Shown here: piece by piece, positions 1-8,630 of the stretch | Layout: the number at the start of each line of letters is the position of its first letter | Numbering within the stretch: position 1 is the stretch's first letter | Origin: an uncultured Gemmatimonadales bacterium | Lineage (GTDB): Bacteria; Gemmatimonadota; Gemmatimonadetes; Longimicrobiales; RSA9 | Direction of reading: 5' to 3' | DNA: 64,000 nt | Assembly: GCA_963798845.1 (NCBI GenBank) | Contig: CAWCUS010000006.1 | Location: forward strand, 736,001 to 800,000 | Notes under the pieces: model-generated | What the model was told of the DNA's origin: nothing | Database searches by the model: none | The model's input: the letters and a program-made list of their open reading frames with translations, nothing else | Position numbers and translations under genes: made by a program

Positions 1-61
1 AGCCGGACGTGCGGCGCCCCTCTCCGTCCGCCTTCGTGGCCGTTGCAGTGCCATCCACCAT
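1..61 (-). CDS. 5' end of a gene downstream of csoR, truncated by window edge; possibly a copper transporter/chaperone
   Basis: ATG at 61 just after the csoR stop, reading MVDGTATATKADGEGRRTSG...; function only guessed from csoR context. Confidence 0.3.
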   Translation of the reverse strand, partial: MVDGTATATKADGEGRRTSG

Positions 62-69
62 GATTGCCC

Positions 70-381
70 TTACTCCCGCACGTGCCTGTACATCAGGTCC
101 ATCACCTCGTCGTACGTCCGCTCCGCCGCGACCGGATCGCCCGAGCGCAGCGCGTCCGTCACGCAGTGCTGAAGGTGGCTCCGCATCAGCAGCTTCCCGA
201 CCCCCCGCAACGCGGCGTGAACCGACGCGATCTGCGTCAGGATGTCCGGGCAGTAGCGTCCCTCATCCACCATCTTCTCGATCCCGCGGACTTGCCCTTC
301 GATCCGCTTCAGCCGCCTCGCCGCGGCCTCCCGCGTCTCTGGCTTTTCGGCCAGAGCGCCGTGGGTTGAATGGTCTTGCAT
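70..381 (-). CDS. csoR: CsoR/RcnR family metal-sensing transcriptional repressor
   Basis: RLKRIEGQVRGIEKMV..RYCPDILTQIASV..HLQHCV (Cys..His-x3-Cys Cu(I) ligands); 103 aa from ATG 381. Confidence 0.92.
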   Translation of the reverse strand: MQDHSTHGALAEKPETREAAARRLKRIEGQVRGIEKMVDEGRYCPDILTQIASVHAALRGVGKLLMRSHLQHCVTDALRSGDPVAAERTYDEVMDLMYRHVRE

Positions 382-499
382 GTCGTATCTCCCCAGTCTC
401 CCCGGTCGATCGGATACGATCCGGACAGGCCACGGCCGCTTCGCGGCCTTCCTCCGCCAGCTGTGCCTCTGTAGCGGCTCCAACCCGCCGCGGAATCGG

Positions 500-518
500 T
501 ACCCCCCTACCCTATGTA
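500..518. promoter_or_regulatory. putative CsoR operator
   Basis: TACCCCCCTACCCTATGTA: TAC...GTA ends around a C/G tract, ~120 bp upstream of csoR. Confidence 0.5.
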
Positions 519-551
519 AGTGCCGGGAACCGGTCAAGGGGAGGTGGAGAG

Positions 552-595
552 CGTGAAGCCGGGCCAGGGTGGCCGTGAAGCCGGGCCAGGGGGGC
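552..595. repeat. 22-bp tandem duplication
   Basis: CGTGAAGCCGGGCCAGGG(T/G)GGC twice, one mismatch. Confidence 0.8.
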
Positions 596-682
596 CGCGA
601 CCCGCACGCAGCCGCGTGCCCGCCGGGGGCGCCTCGGCGCGCGTCCCGCCCGTGGCATGCCTCGTGAAACGAAGCGGAGCCC

Positions 683-1687
683 ATGACCGAACGACAGGGC
701 TGGTGGCGACGGTTGGGCGACAAGGACTCCGGGTTCCGCTACGAGAAGGTGGACGGAGGCGAGCTCGTGTGGGAGGCAGGGCTGTCGCGGATCGAGCGGC
801 TGGCGATCCCGCCGGGATGGACGGACGTGCACATCGCACCGACCTCGCAGCGGAAGGTACAGGCGTGGGGGCGGGATGCGGCGGGTCGGAAGCAGTACAT
901 CTACAGCGAGGAAGCGGTGGAGGCGCGTCAGGCGCGGAAGTGGGCGAGGGTGCTCGCTTACGCGCGCGTGGTGCCTCGCCTGCGCGCGGCGACGAACGAG
1001 CATCTGAAGCGGGAGGGTCCCGGGCCGGAGAAGGTCCTGGCGACGGTGGTGCGTCTGATGAGCCGGTCGTTCTTCCGGATCGGGAGCGAGCGGTACGCGG
1101 TGGAGAACCGGACGTTCGGGATTGCGACGCTGAAGAAGCGACACCTGGAGATCCGCGGAACGGACCTCATCTTCACATACCGGGGGAAGCGGCGTAAGGA
1201 CCAGCGGCGGGTGGTGGCGGACACGCCGCTGGTAGAGATTCTCCGTGAGATCAAGGGACTGCCGGGGTCGCGGCTGTTCCGCTATCGCAACGGGGAAGGG
1301 AGCGTGTGCAACGTCACGGCGAAGCAGGTGAACCGCTATATCAAGGAGATCGTGGGGGAGCGCTACACGTCGAAGGACCTGCGCACGTTCGGGGGGACGG
1401 TGAGGGCGGCGACGATCCTGGCGGACATCGGTTCGGCGTCGAGCGACCGCGAGGCGCACAGGAATACGGTGCTGACTGCACGGCTGGTGGCGAGCGAGCT
1501 CGGGAACACGCCGGCGATCGCGCGCAGCGCCTACATCCATCCGGCGGTGTTCGAGGAGTACGAGTCGGAGGGACGGACGATCGAGCCGCTGATGCGGAAG
1601 CAGGAGCGTGCGGTGCACTCGCAGGAGCCTGTGGAGTACTACCCGGAGGAAGCCGCGCTCATGCGTTTTCTGGAGCGGTACGGGTGA
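683..1687 (+). CDS. DNA topoisomerase IB (bacterial, poxvirus-like)
   Basis: GRDAAGRKQYIY, FRIGSERYA, GIATL, SKDLRT, LGNTPAIARSAYIHP with catalytic Tyr. Confidence 0.93.
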   Translation: MTERQGWWRRLGDKDSGFRYEKVDGGELVWEAGLSRIERLAIPPGWTDVHIAPTSQRKVQAWGRDAAGRKQYIYSEEAVEARQARKWARVLAYARVVPRLRAATNEHLKREGPGPEKVLATVVRLMSRSFFRIGSERYAVENRTFGIATLKKRHLEIRGTDLIFTYRGKRRKDQRRVVADTPLVEILREIKGLPGSRLFRYRNGEGSVCNVTAKQVNRYIKEIVGERYTSKDLRTFGGTVRAATILADIGSASSDREAHRNTVLTARLVASELGNTPAIARSAYIHPAVFEEYESEGRTIEPLMRKQERAVHSQEPVEYYPEEAALMRFLERYG

Positions 1688-1786
1688 GCCGGCGTTCAAG
1701 TTCCGGCGGCACGCGCGTTACCTTTGAGTGAAACCCGGCCGCCCCGGCCGGGCGTAGATGGTGTAGCACAGGGGAGCCTCCGCACG

Positions 1787-2488
1787 ATGCCACGAAACGC
1801 TCGACAGCTGGACCCGGATCGCCGCTTCGGCCGAGCCCTCGGCTGGGCCCTGGCGATCTCCGTCCTGGTGCACGCCGCGGCATTCCTCTACTTCGACGCG
1901 AATCCGCTGCCGCGCCTGCCGCTGGCCGCGGCCGGCGAGCAACGGGGCGATTCCCGGGCCGCGCGCGGCGGCGGCATGCAGGAGGTCGCTCTCGAGCCGC
2001 CCTCGGCGCCCACCCCGCCCGCGCCCGTTCAGGTCCGGCCGGTGGTGGAGACGCCCGACGTGGAGCAGCCGGTCCCCGAGGAAGTCCCGGACGAGCTGCC
2101 GGCGGTGGCGCTGGTTCGAGGGCCTCGCACGTCCGGCGGAGCAGGCCCGCTGCCGGAGATCGGAGTCGGCGCCGGCGACGGTTCCGGCGCCGGTGGTGGC
2201 GGGACGGCGTCGTCCGGCCGGAGCGGCGTGGTCCCTCCTCGCCCGCGCGGGATGATCCTCCCTCCGGGCGATCGTCCGGATCAGGTACGCGGCAAGGAAG
2301 TCGACGTCTGGGTGTTCGTAGCGCCGAACGGCCATGTGGTCGCCGACTCGACGCGCCTCGATCCATCGACGGGCGATCGGTCTTTCGACCGCCGGCTGCG
2401 AGAGCACGCCGCCGCCTGGATCTTCGAGGCGGCGAAGAAGAACGGCCGGGCGGTGGCGGACTGGTTCCGCTACACGATCGTCATGTAG
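1787..2488 (+). CDS. TonB-like energy transducer
   Basis: N-terminal TM with SxxxH (ISVLVH), Pro/Gly-rich linker, TonB_C-like end (WIFEAAKKNGRAV). Confidence 0.65.
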   Translation: MPRNARQLDPDRRFGRALGWALAISVLVHAAAFLYFDANPLPRLPLAAAGEQRGDSRAARGGGMQEVALEPPSAPTPPAPVQVRPVVETPDVEQPVPEEVPDELPAVALVRGPRTSGGAGPLPEIGVGAGDGSGAGGGGTASSGRSGVVPPRPRGMILPPGDRPDQVRGKEVDVWVFVAPNGHVVADSTRLDPSTGDRSFDRRLREHAAAWIFEAAKKNGRAVADWFRYTIVM

Positions 2489-2507
2489 CGGAACCCGGAA
2501 CACGTCC

Positions 2508-2972
2508 GTGAGCCACGCGTACCGAACCGAGATGGAAGTCCGCTGGGCGGACCTGGACGCCAACGGCCACGTCCGGAACACCGCCTACAGCGAGTTCGCG
2601 ACGCACGCCCGGCTTCGTTTCCTGGCATCCCGCGGATTCCCGCCGGAGCGTTTCACCACGATGGGGATGGGCCCGATCTTTTTCCGGGAGGAGACGGTCT
2701 TCCGGCGGGAGCTCCACCTGGGTGACACGGTCACCATCGAGATCCTCTCCCACGGGCTGGCGCCCGACGTCTCGCGCTGGCGGGTGATCCACAGGATCCT
2801 GCGGCCGGACGGCGAGGAGGCCGCCCGGGTCACGGTGGAGGGGGCGTGGATGGATCTGGCGGCCCGGAAGCTTGCCGCTCCGCCGGGCGACCTTGCCGAC
2901 GCGCTCCGGGACCTGCCGCGCAGCGAGGAGTTCGAGGACCTGCGGTCCGTCCTGCGCCGGGCATCCGGGTAG
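2508..2972 (+). CDS. acyl-CoA thioesterase (4HBT/YbgC family)
   Basis: VRWADLDANGHVRNTAY motif; GTG start inferred. Confidence 0.88.
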   Translation: MSHAYRTEMEVRWADLDANGHVRNTAYSEFATHARLRFLASRGFPPERFTTMGMGPIFFREETVFRRELHLGDTVTIEILSHGLAPDVSRWRVIHRILRPDGEEAARVTVEGAWMDLAARKLAAPPGDLADALRDLPRSEEFEDLRSVLRRASG

Positions 2973-3061
2973 CGGGGCCACCACGCGATCGGGCGCCGCA
3001 AGCCTCACGGCTCGCGGCGCCCGGGCGCCAGCGGCGGCGGCCTCCGCCCTGCCTCAGACCT

Positions 3062-3745
3062 TCAGGACCCCGGAGCGACCGGCGTTCCCTTCCAGTAGAG
3101 CGTCGCCGGCACCACGTTGCAGTTGAACGCGAAGCCGAGATCGATCTCGGTCGCGTCGCCGGCCGCTACGGCGGTTTCGATCTGCGCGTCTGTGGTGAGG
3201 TGCGTGCGGGCCGCCTCCTTGCTCGTGAACACCACCTCGATCACTTCCCAGGCGATGTTGAAGTCGGGTCCTCCCGGTGGGTCCGCGACGTGGTCGTGGC
3301 CGAGGTTCGTCGGGTCGCTGCCGTAGACGTCAGGCATGGCATCCATGGCCACCTGCGCCACGAGGCCGTCGTGGTCGGGGCAGTTTCCCGGTACACCCAT
3401 GCAGTTGAGGACGCCCACGTCCGCATCCGCAGGATACTCCACCAGATACAACGGTGAGACCGCATGCGCGTTTGCCTTGGACGGCAACGGGGCGTGAATG
3501 GGCGTGAGCAGGTACATCAGCTCGCCGCTGTCCGCGTTGTATGCGGGCTCGATGGCGACCTGGCCGAAGATGCGCTCGCCGGTGGGCATCTCGCTCGCCG
3601 GTGCGAACGAGGCCGCGGCGGCCGCCATGGCCGTCGGTGCGGCCGGGGCGGGTGGGGGCGAGGTGGGGGAGTCGGCACTGCACGCGGCCACCAGGGGAAC
3701 GACGACGGCGGCTGCCAGCGCCCGCGAGAAGGTACGGGTCTTCAC
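3062..3745 (-). CDS. hypothetical lipoprotein
   Basis: RBS AAGGAG before GTG 3745; lipobox VAA-C; Pro/Ala linker; Cys/His-containing domain. Confidence 0.75.
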   Translation of the reverse strand: MKTRTFSRALAAAVVVPLVAACSADSPTSPPPAPAAPTAMAAAAASFAPASEMPTGERIFGQVAIEPAYNADSGELMYLLTPIHAPLPSKANAHAVSPLYLVEYPADADVGVLNCMGVPGNCPDHDGLVAQVAMDAMPDVYGSDPTNLGHDHVADPPGGPDFNIAWEVIEVVFTSKEAARTHLTTDAQIETAVAAGDATEIDLGFAFNCNVVPATLYWKGTPVAPGS

Positions 3746-3810
3746 GACGATCTCCTTAACCTGAGGAGCAGTTGTGCCGCGCAAGGGCGGCATTTTGCGC
3801 GTGAGTGCGC

Positions 3811-3845
3811 AAAAACAACAAAGGTCCCGGTGCGAACGGGACCTT
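3811..3845 (-). terminator. intrinsic terminator-like hairpin upstream of the lipoprotein gene
   Basis: AAGGTCCCG-N7-CGGGACCTT perfect stem followed by TGTTGTTTTT on the minus strand. Confidence 0.5.
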
Positions 3846-4018
3846 GCGTGGGTCGGCCGGGACCGCCGCACGTCCGACGATCCTGGAGAGCTTGTACAGC
3901 AACTCTCATGGACGAACATGGAAGGTTCAAGGCCGGATCGAGCAGAATTCGAGGTCTGACGCGGACCAGAATCCGCCCCGGCAGGTACTCTGGTGCGGCA
4001 TACGCCACGGGCGTAGCG

Positions 4019-4864
4019 TTGTGTGGCCGGCGGTCGGCGGGGAACAGGGAAGCGAAGAGAGCCAGCCTTTCTCGGCGGCGAGAGGAGAAGCCACTGCCCA
4101 GACTCGTTGCGCGTCCCGGGGCTCGTGCCGCCCTGGAGCGGTGGCTCGAAACGTCCGGCTCGCTCATGGCCGCTGCGGCCGCCAGCCCGGACGCGCGCCC
4201 TCTCCAGGGCCGTGGCACGGTCTACGTGTTGCCCCGGCCGGACGGCGGCGCCGGGCGGTGGGTGGTCAGACACTATCACCGGGGCGGGGCGGTGGCCGGC
4301 AACCTCGGAGACCGCTATCTGCGCCTCGGGACGCCGAGGCCCTTCCGGGAGTTCCACGTCTCGGCCAAGCTGCAGGAGCTGGGCATCCCCGCGCCGGCGC
4401 CGGTAGGCGCGGCCGTGTACCCTTCGGGCATCTGGTACCGCGGCGACCTGGTGACGGAATGGATCCCGGCGTCGCGCGACCTGGCAGAAGTGCTGTTCGA
4501 GGGCGCGCCCGCGGATGGTGGGCCGGGGCGGGAATCCGAAGGGGGCGAAGAGTCCGGCGGCGTCCCGGCCGGGGGCGCTGCGGCGCTGGAAGCTGCGGGG
4601 CGGCTGCTTCGTCGCCTGCACGACGCGGGCGTGCGGCACCCGGACCTCAACCTCAAGAACATCCTGGTCGTGGAGCGCGACGATGGTCCGGCTGCTTTCG
4701 TGATCGACCTGGACGGCGTGCGGGTCGGGGAACCCGTCGAGGCGGCCGGGCGTCGTCGCATGATCGAGCGGTTCTGGCGCTCGGCCCGGAAATGGGAGCG
4801 ACGAACCGGGCGCGTGCTCGACGGCGCCGCGCACGCCGCCTTCGAAGCAGGTTACGGAAGCTGA
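4019..4864 (+). CDS. kdkA: Kdo kinase / lipopolysaccharide kinase (Kdo/WaaP family)
   Basis: GRGTVY, WVVRHYHRGG, RPFREF, YRGDLVTEWI, HPDLNLKNIL, IDLD; start uncertain (3908, 4019 or 4166). Confidence 0.8.
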   Translation: MCGRRSAGNREAKRASLSRRREEKPLPRLVARPGARAALERWLETSGSLMAAAAASPDARPLQGRGTVYVLPRPDGGAGRWVVRHYHRGGAVAGNLGDRYLRLGTPRPFREFHVSAKLQELGIPAPAPVGAAVYPSGIWYRGDLVTEWIPASRDLAEVLFEGAPADGGPGRESEGGEESGGVPAGGAAALEAAGRLLRRLHDAGVRHPDLNLKNILVVERDDGPAAFVIDLDGVRVGEPVEAAGRRRMIERFWRSARKWERRTGRVLDGAAHAAFEAGYGS

Positions 4865-4980
4865 CGCCGGGGGCGGCGCGCGGCTTCGCCGGAATTCCGT
4901 GCGGACGGCAACCCTGAAGCGGGATGGTGCATCAAAGGATTCACCGTCCGTCGTCATCCCTTTGTCCCGAGGTGCAGTCC

Positions 4981-7422
4981 ATGTGGAAGGACTTCCGCTT
5001 CGCCTGGCGCGGCCTGGCACGGAGCCCCGGCTTCGCCCTGGTGGCGATTCTCACGCTTGCCCTGGGGATCGGCGCGAGCACGGCCGTGTTCACGCTGGTG
5101 GACGGCGTCCTGCTGCGCCCGCTGCCGTACCCGGCCCCGGACCGGCTGGTCTCGCTGGACCACGAAGGGCGCGGAGGGGAAGACGAGCTGCCCATCTCCC
5201 CCGGCCTGTACGTGCTGTACCAGGAGCACGCACGCACGCTCTCGTCGCTGGCCATGTACCAGGGCGTCGTCGCCAACATCGTAGGGGACGACGGGGAGGC
5301 GGAGCGGGTGGACGGGCAGGCTGTGACGCCGTCTCTGTTCGACGTGCTTCGGGTCCCGCCCGCGATGGGACGCGGGTTGCTGGCCCCGGACGGAGAGTCG
5401 GGTGCCGAGCCGGTGATGGTGCTGAGCGATGCGCTCTGGCGGACCATGTTCGGACGGGACCCGGGCGTGGTGGGGCAGACCGTGCGCGTGGACGGGGTTT
5501 CGCGCCGGGTGGTGGGAGTCATGCCGGCCGGCTTCCAGTTCCCCGGGGCCGGGACTCGCCTGTGGATCCCCATGCAGGTGGACGCGGTGAACGCGCCGCT
5601 GGGGGCGTTCTCTCCGGACGCGGTCGGGCGGATGGTGGACGGCGCCACGCCGGAGTCGGTCCGCTCCGAGCTGAGCGGGCTGATCCAGCAGCTGCCGGAG
5701 CTGCGCCCCGATGCGGGTCCGGTGCTCGGATTCCTGCGCGAAGTCAAGCTGGCGGCCGTTCCCCGGCCGCTGAAAGCGGCGACGGTGGGCGATATCGGCA
5801 GGACATTGTGGACGCTCCTGGGGATGGTCGGGTTCGTGCTCCTGATCGCGTGCGCCAACGTGGCCAACCTGCTGCTGGTCAGGGCGGAGGGGCGGCAGCG
5901 GGAGCTGGCGCTGCGACGGGCGATCGGCGCGGGACGGTGGCAGGTGCTGCGTCCATTCCTCGCCGAGAGCGTGGTCCTGGCCGGGATCGGAGGCGCCCTC
6001 GGCGCCGGGTTGGCCGCGGTGGCGGTGCGGGCAGCGCTCGGCATGGCGAGCGCAGAGCTGCCGAGGGCGGCGGAGGTAGGCGTGGACCTGCGCGTTCTGG
6101 CGTTCACGGCGGCTGCATCGCTCCTGGCCGCGCTCCTTTTCGGGCCCGTGCCCGCACTGCGCTACGCGCGCAGCGACCTGTCGGCTCACCTGAAGGACGG
6201 GGGCGGTCGCGGCGGCACGGCGGGGCGGGACCGGCACCGGGTGCGGAACGCGCTGGTGGTGGCGCAGGTAGCGCTGGCACTGGTGCTACTGATCGGGTCG
6301 GGGCTGATGGTGCGGAGCATGATGGCGCTTCTGGCCGTGGATCCGGGTTTCCAGCCGGAGAGCGTGCTGACGGCGAGGTTATCGGTGCCGCCAGGGGAGA
6401 TCCCGGAGGCGACGGCCGTCGCCGACTACTATCGGACGCTGGAATCGCGGCTGCGCAGCCAGCCGGGCGTCCGCGGGGTGGGAGCGATCAGCGCCGTCCC
6501 GCTTACCGGGAACGTGAGCTTCTTCGCCCACGACATCGAGGACCACCCCACGGCGCCCGATGCCATTCCACCGCTCGCGCACGGCGCGTGGGTGGACCCC
6601 GGCTACTTCGAGACTCTGGGCATCCCGCTGGTGGAAGGCCGCAGCTTCGAAGATGGCGACGCGGGGAACGGCTTCCGAGCGGTCGTGGTGAGCCAGGCGT
6701 TCGCGCAGCGCTGGTGGCCGGACGGGAGCGCGCTGGGAAAGCGTCTGCGCCCCGGCGGCGGCGAGTGGTGGCAGGTGGTGGGCGTGGTCGGCAACGTCCG
6801 GAACCGCAGTCTCTCCGACGACCCCGAGGAGATGATCTACTACCCGACGCTGGTAGGGGAGCCCGACCAGCCGGGGGCGATCCGCGGCCGGGACCTCGTG
6901 GTGCGGGTGGACGGCGATCCCGCGCGCTTCCTCCCGGTGCTGCGACGTGAGGTCCGCGAGCTCAACGCCCGCATCCCGCTGGCCAACCCGCGCCCGCTGG
7001 AGACGGTGGTGACTCGCTCGGCGTCGCGGACTTCGTTCACAATGGTCGTGCTCGGAGTCGCGTCGCTGGTGGCGCTCCTGCTCGGGGTCATCGGAATCTA
7101 CGGTGTGGTGTCGTACGTGGTGAGCCAGCGCACCCGTGAGATCGGGGTACGCATGGCCCTCGGAGCCGCGGGATCGGCCGTGCGCGGGATGGTGCTGCGC
7201 CAGGGGATGCTGCTGGCGGGGGTCGGCGTCGTGCTCGGTCTGGTCGCGGCGGCGGCCGCCAGTCGCCTGCTGGCTTCTCTTCTCTATGGCGTAAGCGCCA
7301 CGGATCCGCTGACCTACGCCGCGGTGGCCGCGCTCCTCACGGCAGTGGCCGCGGCGGCGAGCTGGATCCCCGCCCGCCGCGCCGCTGGCGTGGATCCCGC
7401 CACGGCGCTCCGGAACGAGTGA
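4981..7422 (+). CDS. duplicated MacB/FtsX-type ABC permease (ADOP-like)
   Basis: DFRFAWRGLARSPGF..TLALGIGA, LLIACANVANLLL, RTREIGVRMALGA, PARRAAGVDP; RBS GAGGTG. Confidence 0.92.
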   Translation: MWKDFRFAWRGLARSPGFALVAILTLALGIGASTAVFTLVDGVLLRPLPYPAPDRLVSLDHEGRGGEDELPISPGLYVLYQEHARTLSSLAMYQGVVANIVGDDGEAERVDGQAVTPSLFDVLRVPPAMGRGLLAPDGESGAEPVMVLSDALWRTMFGRDPGVVGQTVRVDGVSRRVVGVMPAGFQFPGAGTRLWIPMQVDAVNAPLGAFSPDAVGRMVDGATPESVRSELSGLIQQLPELRPDAGPVLGFLREVKLAAVPRPLKAATVGDIGRTLWTLLGMVGFVLLIACANVANLLLVRAEGRQRELALRRAIGAGRWQVLRPFLAESVVLAGIGGALGAGLAAVAVRAALGMASAELPRAAEVGVDLRVLAFTAAASLLAALLFGPVPALRYARSDLSAHLKDGGGRGGTAGRDRHRVRNALVVAQVALALVLLIGSGLMVRSMMALLAVDPGFQPESVLTARLSVPPGEIPEATAVADYYRTLESRLRSQPGVRGVGAISAVPLTGNVSFFAHDIEDHPTAPDAIPPLAHGAWVDPGYFETLGIPLVEGRSFEDGDAGNGFRAVVVSQAFAQRWWPDGSALGKRLRPGGGEWWQVVGVVGNVRNRSLSDDPEEMIYYPTLVGEPDQPGAIRGRDLVVRVDGDPARFLPVLRREVRELNARIPLANPRPLETVVTRSASRTSFTMVVLGVASLVALLLGVIGIYGVVSYVVSQRTREIGVRMALGAAGSAVRGMVLRQGMLLAGVGVVLGLVAAAAASRLLASLLYGVSATDPLTYAAVAALLTAVAAAASWIPARRAAGVDPATALRNE

Positions 7423-7451
7423 GGCTTGACGGACTCCCGTCTCGCGGGCGG

Positions 7452-7480
7452 TTGACTTCGACCGGCCCAGACGGGAGCTT
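7452..7480 (+). promoter_or_regulatory. putative sigma70 promoter of the LPS cluster
   Basis: TTGACT-N17-GAGCTT ending 9 nt before ATG 7490; -10 is weak. Confidence 0.35.
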
Positions 7481-7489
7481 CCCGGCGCC

Positions 7490-8542
7490 ATGAATCGAAG
7501 CCACTCGCCGGCCCCGGCCCGGATCTGCATCGTCATGTTGAGCGCGCTGGGAGACGCCGTCCACGTGCTCCCCGTGGTGAACGCATTGAAGCGCGCCTGG
7601 CCGGAGACCCGGATCACCTGGGTGGTGCAGCCGGTGCCCTATCTCCTGGTGCGCGACCACCCGGCGGTGGACCGCCTCGTGGTCTTCCACCGCCGGCGGG
7701 GCATGGCGGCCTGGCGCTCCTTCGCGGACACCGCCCGCAAGCTGCGCGAGTCCCGCTTCGACATCCTGCTGGCGCTCCAGGTGTACGCGAAGGCCGGTGT
7801 CCTGGCCGCGCTCGCCAGGGCCGACCGCAAGATCGGCTTCGACCGCGCCCGCGCCCGGGACCTGAACTGGCTGGTCACGAATGAGCGGATCCGCCCGCAC
7901 CCCGTTCAGCACGTCCAGGACCAGTATCTCGAATTCCTCGAGCACCTGGGCGTGGACCCGTTTCCGGTCGAGTGGCGGATCCAGATCCGGGACGAGGAGC
8001 GCGCGGCGCAGCGATCGTTCCTGGACGGTCTGGATCGCCCGGGGTGCGGCGTCGTCGTCGGGACGAGCAAGCCGGAGAAGAACTGGGCTCCCGAGCGGTA
8101 CGCGCGGCTCCTCGACGCGCTGGAGCAGGATTTCGGCCTGCGCCCCGTCCTCGTCGGCGGCCCTTCGGCGGTCGAGCGCCGGCTGGCGGACGACATCCTG
8201 TCGCGCACGGGGGCGAGGGTCGTCGACACGCTCGGGGACGACCTGCGCCGGCTGATCTGGCTGCTTGACGGGCTGCCGCTCGTCGTCAGCCCGGACACCG
8301 GGCCGCTGCACCTGGCCCGCGCCCTGGACACACCCGTCGTGGGACTCTACGGCTACACCAACCCCAAGCGGTACGGCCCGTACCGCAAGTACGGCGAGCT
8401 CGTCGTGGACGGATATGCGCGGCATCCCGGGGAAGACTACCCGCCGAGCATGGAGTACCGCCCGGACGGGATGAAGCGGGTTCACGTGGACGACGTGCTG
8501 GCGGCGGTGGAGCGGGGGCTGAGCGTGGCGGGCACCGGGTAG
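7490..8542 (+). CDS. GT9 ADP-heptose:LPS heptosyltransferase (OpsX/WaaC-like)
   Basis: ICIVMLSALGDAVH, KNWAPERY, SPDTGPLHLA, GLYGYTNPKRYGPY. Confidence 0.9.
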   Translation: MNRSHSPAPARICIVMLSALGDAVHVLPVVNALKRAWPETRITWVVQPVPYLLVRDHPAVDRLVVFHRRRGMAAWRSFADTARKLRESRFDILLALQVYAKAGVLAALARADRKIGFDRARARDLNWLVTNERIRPHPVQHVQDQYLEFLEHLGVDPFPVEWRIQIRDEERAAQRSFLDGLDRPGCGVVVGTSKPEKNWAPERYARLLDALEQDFGLRPVLVGGPSAVERRLADDILSRTGARVVDTLGDDLRRLIWLLDGLPLVVSPDTGPLHLARALDTPVVGLYGYTNPKRYGPYRKYGELVVDGYARHPGEDYPPSMEYRPDGMKRVHVDDVLAAVERGLSVAGTG

Positions 8543-8630
8543 GGGGCAGCGCCAGGAAGCGGCATCGCCGGGAGAGGCGGGCCGACGTAGATTGGCAGGA
8601 CCCCCCTCGCAGCCTCTACCCCCCCGAGCC

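Noticed and set aside
552..595. Repeat as a CRISPR array
   Set aside because: Only two adjacent units, no spacers, no cas genes; no CRISPR array seen anywhere in the window
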